64,000 nt of DNA from Paraglomus brasilianum (taxonomy: Eukaryota), in the NCBI GenBank assembly GCA_910592345.1, contig CAJVPI010000053.1, forward strand, positions 1-64,000, given 5' to 3'. The first letter of the stretch is position 1; every line of letters starts with the position of its first letter. The position numbers and the translations under genes were made by a program. The notes beneath the pieces are model-generated. The model searched no databases and was not told the DNA's origin. It was given only the letters and a program-made list of their open reading frames with translations. Below are positions 54,846-64,000 of the stretch, piece by piece.

Positions 54846-55510
54846 TATATTTGCACGATTCCCTACCCCACCAACTTCTGGTTGGCACACCCAATCGTGT
54901 GGAATGTCATCAATAATCTATTGTATTCGATTATCACTTAATGTGCGAGAAGCAACGAAAATCTATTGTTTGACAGAATGGTGTAATTGCTACCTACATT
55001 GTTAGTGTCAAAGTCGATATTTCCCTCACTATATGTGTTGTTAATGTACAAATTATAGACACCCCCCAATACGTGGGTCTCCTCGTTGTCCACAGATAAC
55101 GTCACGAAAACTTTATTCATTATTCGCGCAAAATTCGTTGCACATTAATATGTAAGGATGCGAGTTTGCTCATACCTGAATCCAAACGAAACAATTATAA
55201 ATCAAGCGTTACAACCGTTTGCGCTATCAACAAATCTCAATAGTTTCGTAGCAATTTTCTTGTAGTTTAAACATTAGAGTATTATTACATAAAAATTTTA
55301 TTATATTTTTCAAGAGAGTACACAGACCCTCAATCATAGTTTTGCATAAGTAATAAATTCGAATCTGTTCCTATTGGTTTCTTGCGCTCTCTCACGCTAA
55401 CATAACGGACTCGCGAGATTTCCTTGAACGACAAAATCAAACCCATTTCTATCACCAATGTCCATCCAATGAGGTTACATGTCGTGTCGAGTCAATATAT
55501 TCCAAATAGT

Positions 55511-58500
55511 TCAACTCAAACTACCATATTTTTCGTTCCATGTTTGATATATTTCCAAGTCGCTTGTGCTAACACTTGCCCGCACTAGCGTTTAAAAGCA
55601 TCAGTACAAAATCCATTAAAACTCCAGACCCTATATAAATTGATTTCACTTGCCTTGAGTCAATGCACCCAAAAAGTCTGTATAATATGCGTAGTACAAT
55701 ATGAATTATTGAGTGTTAAAATTACATATAAAACATGACTAATTTATGATTACCTTGAAACGTCATTGGGCGAACATCGTCCGCTGTATGTGAACATGTA
55801 TTATAATGAGAGATAATCTATAATTAATTAGATGATTTGAATATCTTTATTACACTCACCTGATATGCTTCGTATGTCTTCGATTGTGCGTATTGGACCC
55901 AATGCGGCCTCTGTTATAGTCAATGTTAGAATAAGTCCTGCATCCCGCCTTTTCGAATTGTGCAACATACCTCTACAGAGTCCATCCATGTCTGATCCAG
56001 AATATCCTTCTGCTCTTTTGCATATTTCATGGGTCTCCTCTTCTGACAATGAATGTTTCTGCTTTTTCAACAAATTACATATGATCCCGTATCTTCCATC
56101 ATGTTCAGGCAGTGGAATATAAAGCCGTTTTCTAAATCGACGCCCTAAAATAGACGAGCATTAATAGCTGTTGGGGGGAATCATGAAATTATATGTGCGA
56201 AATTGATACTAACTTGCAGCTTCATCTATTTCCTGTGGCCTGTAAATAAATTAGTGATTGAATTACATATGATATAGGAATCAACTATAGTACAGCTATG
56301 AAGGACTGTGGTTATAACCTATTGGTTGCACCGACGATCAGAATACGGTCTTCTTCCTCGGCTGCTGTCTTAACACCATCCTATATTCGTGCATTATGAT
56401 GATTGCAAATAAAGAATAGGTAATGAATGTAGAACCCATGACGTTAGCATGGAATTCGCATCGCGTGAGCAACCATTATAAAACTACATACAAACTGCAC
56501 AAGAAATTCCGTCTTTATACGACGCGACGCTATTTTTGAGTGTAATAATTATATGATTATATAGTTCCACTTGCGGCCCAATCAATGACCATGCTGTTCT
56601 CAAACTCACCCTCAAACTCGCCATCAGTCCTTTGTGTTAGCAGTGAATCAATCTATTATGTTGTGTTGCTATTATTAGAATAAGGTCGCATAATCATAGT
56701 CTACCATAATTATGATTACCTCATCAACGAAAACCACTGCTGGCTGATTCACCCGTGCAACTGCAAAGAGTGCACGAACCTAGAATATTGGCGTCAATAA
56801 TGGGAACATGCTGCAACATTGTAGTCATGTATTGGAAATTGCACGTTACCATTTTCTCGCCATCTCCTACCCATTTTGATGTCAGCGATGATGAGCTACA
56901 GGAATACGATACATTAGCCGTGATGCTCCAAACCCTGCATTCTGGAAGACATTTGCTAACCTGATGCTAAAAAACGTTGCCCCAGACTGACTGTAATAGA
57001 ATTAGAAAATGATAATTAGCTTAATTCCAGTCTTGAGAGGCAAATTGTTTAAATAATTATGTTTGCGTATCAAACATCTATACTTTCATAAGTACCTAGC
57101 AATACATTTGCCAATCAATGTCTTTCCTAACATAATCAACATTGAGTATTAACTAAATAGATGCACAATCTTTGACGGACAAAAAAACTACCTGTTCCGG
57201 GTGGTCCGAAAAGCAGTAACCCTAACGAATTGCAGGCGGTCAATAACGAGAATGTGCAAGCATTAGAATGCGATCAATTCTCCTTTACCTTTCGGTGGCC
57301 CTCTTAGTCCGGTGAAAATATCACTATATTTGATATGATAAACAGAATTTCAGACGCGTCAATAAGATCAATTACTGCTCCCGCTACTACGTACGGTCGC
57401 AACATTGGCCAAGTAACAGCTTCCTGGATTGTTTTCTTTGCGTGTTCTAATCCGGCAATGTCATCCCATGTGACATTCGGTGTTTTATCCATAATCTATA
57501 ACGTAAAAAAGACATGAGAAGCATGCAGTATTTGAATGAAATGAGATAGTCCATCTCACCTCATTTTGAATCATCTCCACCATCTTTGGATCAATATTCC
57601 TCAATCTCTCATCAACCGGTTCTTCATTTTCTACTGGTTTAAGTAACTTGGCCCTATTCCTACAAAGATAAGTGAAAAATTACAAGATAACGAAAAACCA
57701 GTATCTTGATTATTTTTCATGATGTGCAACTAGTTACTCTCGCAATTGTCTCGTCATTAACTACATCTCTGTTTTACTCACCTTGTTACCTCCCTACCCT
57801 CTTCTGCACATTCACGTTTTAACAAAGGCGACACAAATTTGCCACGCTTGCCAACATCGGTTGAACTAAGTAAGCGTCGACGTAAATTTGCAGAATAATT
57901 ATACTGTGTGCTTTCGTCATCGGCATTCTGAGATTGTTGAAAGCGAGATTTGCGCTTTGCTTCGGCTGCCTTAATCAAAAGGAATGTAAACATAATTGCT
58001 AATACATTTCACGAATTAAATACAACAAAGAGAAAAAGCATAGTGGTTCAGTGCGTACTAATTGTTGTTTTGCGGTGACAAAGCTACCACACACGGCTGG
58101 TTTTTCACATTCTTCATCGATCTCCATGTCATCGCTAGTTTTCTTATTATGCTTATAACGAGAATTGATAGAAATGAGTCATTATCAATTCCAGGTCAAA
58201 ATTGAACAAGAGGCAACCAAGTCTACCAAGTTGGGCAGTCCATTAGAGAATCCGGTATTCCTAGCATTCGTGGCTTTATCATCTATGTCCATCTTATTAC
58301 TCTGGCTTTGATTTGGCTTGCACGGAATACTATTCTTAGCGAATAAATTATGGTCTGTTCTAACTAGAGGTTTTTTATTATTAGGATTCTTAATAAAATA
58401 CGAGGATATTAATGATGAGGCTGTACGAGGTTGTCGCTTTGATTGAGGATACTCTGTAGTCAACTTTTGTGTATTATGAGAGACGTCTTGAGCAGCCTGG

Positions 58501-59127
58501 CTTGTATGAGATCCAAACTGACGTTTGTCTAATTGTGCCTGTCGTAGCATTGAAGCTGATGGCTGGTTGGACTCGGGCGTATCAGAGAGTTTGTCCGTCT
58601 TTGCGAATTGCAATAGACCGTTGATATCAGGAACTTCGAGAGTATCATATTCATCATCGATACTACATTCCTGCATTCGTTTTTATTTATCAGCTACGTA
58701 GTAACGTTTATCAAGTCGAGCATATATTTTTATATAATATACACACCATCTGCCCAACAACATCCATATCCAACCCTGACTTTACTTCTTTGATAAAGCT
58801 TCTCACGCCTTCCTTTTCCTTACTTTTCAATACCCTGTCCACTTCACCATTAATAATCTTATCCATTCCATTTTTGCTATCGATCCAGCATTCATCATAC
58901 AATTGCCAAACTTTATCGGCCATCTCTTCGCTATCAAGATGCTCCACAAAAGAATTGGGAGTATCACTTGAGAGAAGCATCAAAGCATCACGATAATTAG
59001 ACGCTGCCAGTCGCATGTAAGCAGAAGACGAAGAATCATTAGAGGAGGAGGCCAGAGCACGATATTTTTCTGCAGAAAAAAGGCGCGTTTGAAAATAATT
59101 GAGCTTATATTGGCGCTCTGTATTCAT
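55511..59127 (-). CDS. FIGNL1: Fidgetin-like 1 AAA+ ATPase, about 21 exons
   Basis: Spliced: [158 protein letters not shown]. Confidence 0.93.
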
Positions 59128-59658
59128 AATAATGCTTTATTTAAAAATTAGCGAGGGATTATGGTGATTTTATCTTCGCGTTCGGAGAATTTATGTCACG
59201 TGACGTTGGTTACACGTACGCGATAAAACATAAATTTCTTAACACGTTTAATGTTAACAATATTAATATTGCGCCAATATCGACACACTGTAGTTCCAAT
59301 AGCAGCAAATTGGGCACGGAAATTAGAGCCCAGGCATAGTCCAACACAGTATACCGTTTAATTCTAAAATAATCCATTACAAGATATTGACTAAGGCAAT
59401 GGTAATATAGAAACACCTGGATATTATGCGCTTTCATATTTCTTACGCGTATTTGATACATAAATGTCTCGCCATTCACTATTTCTTGTTTTATATTTTT
59501 CTAACGTATTCTTCATTTATTTTCCGCTGAAATCTCCAACGGGGTCGCTACAAATTTTTAGTATCCGGAACATACGATTATTTTTACTCTAACTGGCTAG
59601 GAAAAAAAATCCCAACTTCCAATAATTAGTTGTAAAATATTAAAGTTTTAGCTTTCGA

Positions 59659-62600
59659 CTATTCCCACAAATCCGCAGCTCTTGGGCGATTTCTAATCGG
59701 ACGAGTATTACTGTCAAGCGCTTTCCCGTTTTCGTCTAACGTTGTGCTTCTCCTTTCGCCTCCGTCTTGCTGTCGTGTTACTTCCTTGCCTTTATCTTTC
59801 TCATCTCGCTCGTGACGGCTTTTTGCATCATCCACACTTCTGCCGTCCTTTAACTTCTTCACTTTAGAATGCGCCCCATCACCATAATCCAGACTACGTT
59901 TATCCTTTTTCGATTTATCATTATCGTCTTCATCTCGGCGGTTTCTCTTCTTATCCTTTCGGTGTCGCCGTTCATCGTCACTTCGATCCCTGGCGTAGTC
60001 TTGTCGGTGTTTTGATCTAGATTTCTTTGAACGCCTCTTCTTCTTCTTAGTGCTCTTTTTGGATGACGACGAGCTTTTATGATCATGATGACGATGCTTA
60101 TGGCGACGAGATCTTTTCGTATCAGATTCTGGAGATGACGATGATGATTCACCGGATGACGTGGCGTCATCTTCACTTGCATCGGGTGTTCGCTTACGCT
60201 TTGGAGATTGTGGCTTTTGTTCATCCCGGGAGACTACTGAAACAAGAAGTATTGAAAGGGAGAAGAATTAGCCAAAAAATTTATGATGCCCTTGACGAAA
60301 TTGAAAATCACACCGACGTCCTGGACCGAAAAAGTTCTCAATATTAATATTACTTTGCTTTATTATATTATCTTCACTTTCGTCGGGTATTCGCTTACGC
60401 TTTGGAGATTGTGGCTTTTGTTCATCCTGGGATAATACTGAAACACAAAGTATTGAAAGGGAAAAGAATTAGCCAAAAAATTTACAATGCTCTTGACAAA
60501 ATTGAGAATCACTAAACCTCAATATTATTATACAGTGTGACACAAAATTATTGATAAAAAAAATAATAACACGATTCAAAAAATCTTATGAAAAAAAAAG
60601 AAGTTAAAACCAAATATTCCAGAGGTCAATAATTTGATGGGCAGCGGACGTTGGTTTTAGCAAGATAGTTATTCTAAGAATATGACCCGACTTGCCCCAA
60701 ATTATAAAAATGTTCCCAAGTTATTGACTGCCCTGGTCATGATCTTAATCCATTAAACGTTCCTGGAATATTTGTTTTTTGAAAAAATAATAAACTACGT
60801 ATGCTAAAGAATAATGATAAATGGGCCGAGTTTTATAATGGAATAGAGTTTAATTCCAAAACTATGCCAATTAAATTTAGTTAGTCTATAAAGGTAGAGT
60901 AGAGGTAAGCTCGTAATAAAAGAGAACAAATTCCATATTAAAAAGTTTTCATAAGATATCAAACAACATATTACCGACAACAATTGGTGCAGTTGTTAAC
61001 TAGCAATAGTCTCTTCTTTTAAATCAATAATTTCGTGTCACACTGTATTATCTTCGGGTGTTCGCTTACACTTAGGAGATTGTGGCTTTTGTTCATCTTG
61101 GGATAACACTGAAAAAGAAGTATTGGATGGGAAAAGAATTAGCCAAAAAAATTACAATGCTCTTGGAAAAAATTGAAAATCACCCCGACGTCATAGACCA
61201 GCAAAGTTCTCAATATTACTTTGCATTATTATATTATCAAACGTTTCCTTGTTCAATACATCTCGTTGACCCTTCTCCGTCTTGCCAGTGGATTTCTCTG
61301 CTTTGTAGTGCGGATGGGGATTCGCAACATTGAACCGTTTGCATAATAGTCGGTTAGGATAAAAGTCTACCTTCGTACGCGTCAACGGCCCAAACATGTT
61401 CATTCTGGCCGCAGATTCTGCTGTGGAGGTTATTGCAGATTCTGTTTCCGATTTCTGAATCTTCACTTCTGGAATTATCGGCTTAACATTCAAACCGCCT
61501 TCAGGCTTACTTAATTCGTGACCAGTCAAAGAACCTCCACTGACAAAACGCGAGGAAATCATGCTGGGCCCCTTGAGAAAAACATTGGCTTTTTTGGTTA
61601 TCTGGTTTGTATTGGTTTCTCTGGTGATCTGTGGGTCCTTATTATCATCGGGTTCCTTAGGAAGATCGTGTTCTTGTTCGTCAGTCTCCGTAGCTGGTCC
61701 AGGCGTATCAAAGATATGAAATGGCGTGAATCCTGCCGGCAAATCCGGTGGGGAGAACCTGGTTCATTATATTATCAAGTGTTGTCATCACAAGCATAAA
61801 CGAGTCCATATGGAACTCTGAAGAGGTGGAGACTTCATACATACCATTTATCCAAAGGCACAGGCCTGCGAGCTAAGATAAACCCCACAAGCGGCAGCTT
61901 GTTATCACGACAGATGCCACGATCTCTCTATAAGGAAACGTTCAATTTGTGATAATAGTGTAGTTAGTAACATTGAAAATAACCAATTTATACACACTTT
62001 CTTATTAAATTATCATACCTTCGATAAAGTATTGCTAGCGCTATGTTGCTTTGTTTTCGTTTCTTTTCTGCCCATCACAAATGTGTCTTCGTCTTCATCT
62101 ACCAACGACCTGAGATAATCGGATATTGATGGTCCATCGTAAATATAGTCTTCATCCTCATCTTCTAAAGCACCCACACCAATTCCACCTGAAACAAAGA
62201 CGGGACCAGATTAACAAACAAAAAAGGCTTCTCATCAATCAACATTGCATTTTGTACTAACCTCTCATAGGTAACGAGTCTTTATGGCTCTTTTGGAGAT
62301 AAGTGTCACCCACACCTACAGCAGAATAGATGGAATTAATTTGGTTACAAACTTTGACGAGGGCATTTTTCTTACCTTTGCTTTTATCCTGCTTTCTGTG
62401 GAATTCTGGTGCGTTCTCGTATGGATCAAATCCAAGACCGAAATTATTATTCTTCTGATTAAATTGAATTAGCTGGGTATCCTTGGGAGCAAACGTAATA
62501 TCTGAGGTATATGTACTATCAACATCAGACCCGCTCTCACCTAATTAACAAGCGATTAATTTGTTAAATACCATCATCTATTAGCAAGTAGAAACGGGTA

Positions 62601-63559
62601 CGCAACCTACCATCTTCCTTTCTTGAACGAGCAGGGACGCGCGGTCCTACTCCTTGGCCTTCACGCCATCCCATTTGTTTCAATAATCTTATGCCTTTGT
62701 ACAAGATCTTTGTATCAGTAATCAAGCATGGCACGGATCACTTCTAACAAGCCGATAAACTGGTTCAGTCATACCTATTGGCTCTCTGTTCGGCATGACC
62801 AGATCGTCAATAAACCTGTCTGGCAATACACCTAATACACTGGGTGGAAACAATATATGTGTTAGAATCCTCTGGAACAAATACTGGTGATGGGTTTTAC
62901 GTATTCACCTTCCACTTTCGTTCATCGCCGTCGCAATGGCACGCTTTCGAGCAAGATCACGCGCCGTAGATCCAAATGCATCAAAGTCTTCTGTTGTGAC
63001 TAATTTTTGAGTTTGCCCAAGTTCCTAGAAAGATCTCAATACAATAAATATGATACGTTCTTTGGCGATAACTTCCCTTTTAAAACACATACCTCAAGAT
63101 CTTCTTCGTCCATAAAATCCTCTGGCTTGGATTCTTTTCGATCAATTCTCTTTCCACGAGACGATACAAAAGAAGTAGGCGTCCATCCTTCCCAAAATAA
63201 TGGTATGTAGTTTACAATCCAAATAGAAAAAAGAAGCATTTTCAGTACTATACCTTCTTTAGATCCAACGGTGTTGAAGTAACCAGCAGACCAGCCGCCT
63301 TTGAAGGCTCCATGAAGTCTTCTCAATCCTCTTTCATCACGCACCTTTTAGAACAAAGTAAGATATACCTTATCTATTTGTTGCGAAATAGGTGACACGC
63401 AGTAAACGTACGTACTTCTTGTTTCCATACAGGTTGGTATTTCCCTTTATCCTTGTCCTCAGAATTTACATTAGGAAGGGAAGTACCATAAGTGACAAAT
63501 GATCCACTTTCGTATTCTTCTTCGTCGCCTGTATCGTTTCTGAACTTTCTTTTTGACAT
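59659..63559 (-). CDS. GPATCH1: G-patch domain protein 1-like (DUF1604 + G-patch) splicing-associated factor
   Basis: [53 protein letters not shown]-patch [48 protein letters not shown]-rich last exon 59659-60236 ending RPRAADLWE. Confidence 0.9.
60165..61238 (-). repeat. Tandem triplication of a ~200-bp exon-end/intron/exon-start unit inside GPATCH1
   Basis: Three diverged copies of ttcgctta..ggagattgtggcttttgttcatc..gaattagccaaaaaa..ttga.aatcac at about 60181, 60382 and 61052. Confidence 0.92.
60533..61045 (+). mobile_element. Internally deleted Tc1 element inserted in GPATCH1
   Basis: 23-bp TIRs cagtgtgacac(a/g)aaattattgat with TA flanks; decayed transposase text [20 protein letters not shown]. 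Confidence 0.9.
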
Positions 63560-64000
63560 TAGTTTGCTCTGTTTGTGTCCACGAGATCTTCAATTGATTT
63601 CTGTTTGCTGATCTGCAAACTTCAGTCCTGATATGGATAATTCGAAAGAATGCTCACATACATATTTTGTAAGTCGCGGATTATGACGTACGTCATAGTA
63701 ATATTTATTATGTATAACTGACATCGTTGTTCCTCATCTAAATATTCACTTATGAAAGATACAAGAGAAATGAAAGTATACATCCAAAATTTAGCACCAA
63801 TGTTGCGTTAGTATTAGATATCTTCAAAGAAATAATCATATAATTCTAAGCAATGCATTTGTGAGGATAGTTTCCCATTTTGTAAAGCTGGCCATAAACT
63901 GTCAGAGATAATGTTCAGTGTTCTATGTAACAATTGAAGCTATTGACATATGTCAGTTTGAATTATGACAGATTAGGATTTACATCCATTCCGAACTATA

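Noticed and set aside
1..64000. tRNA, rRNA or snRNA genes
   Set aside because: None recognised by eye; an Infernal or tRNAscan-SE run would be needed to exclude divergent ncRNAs.

Overview
AT-rich, intron-rich eukaryotic DNA. The gene content (TKL-type kinases, BTB-BACK-TLD, MATA-HMG, Uma2/Crinkler-like relics, many Tc1/pogo remnants) points to an early-diverging fungus, most likely an arbuscular mycorrhizal fungus (Glomeromycotina); this assignment is inferred. Intact spliced genes: a kinase-LRR gene (5449-8084, +), carotenoid cleavage oxygenase (13467-16243, +), MATA-HMG transcription factor (21712-22847, -), 1,3-beta-glucan synthase FKS (31490-37227, +), Trf4/Cid14-like poly(A) polymerase (37528-39446, -), deoxyhypusine hydroxylase (39630-40735, +), BTB-BACK-TLD protein (45377-46969, -), flavin monooxygenase (49870-52055, +), fidgetin-like AAA ATPase (55511-59127, -) and a GPATCH1-like protein (59659-63559, -). 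The intergenic space holds decayed transposons, MITEs and pseudogenes. Most interesting: (1) a probable pseudokinase fused to 15 near-identical 84-bp LRR units whose variation is concentrated in one dipeptide, a candidate diversifying cytoplasmic non-self receptor; (2) a tandem triplication in GPATCH1 that creates new in-frame exons, one disrupted by a Tc1 element; (3) a MITE with its empty paralogous site in the same window; (4) a cluster of HMG-binding motifs upstream of the HMG gene; (5) CpG deserts restricted to family-type genes and relics. Exon boundaries were read by eye and not checked against transcripts.
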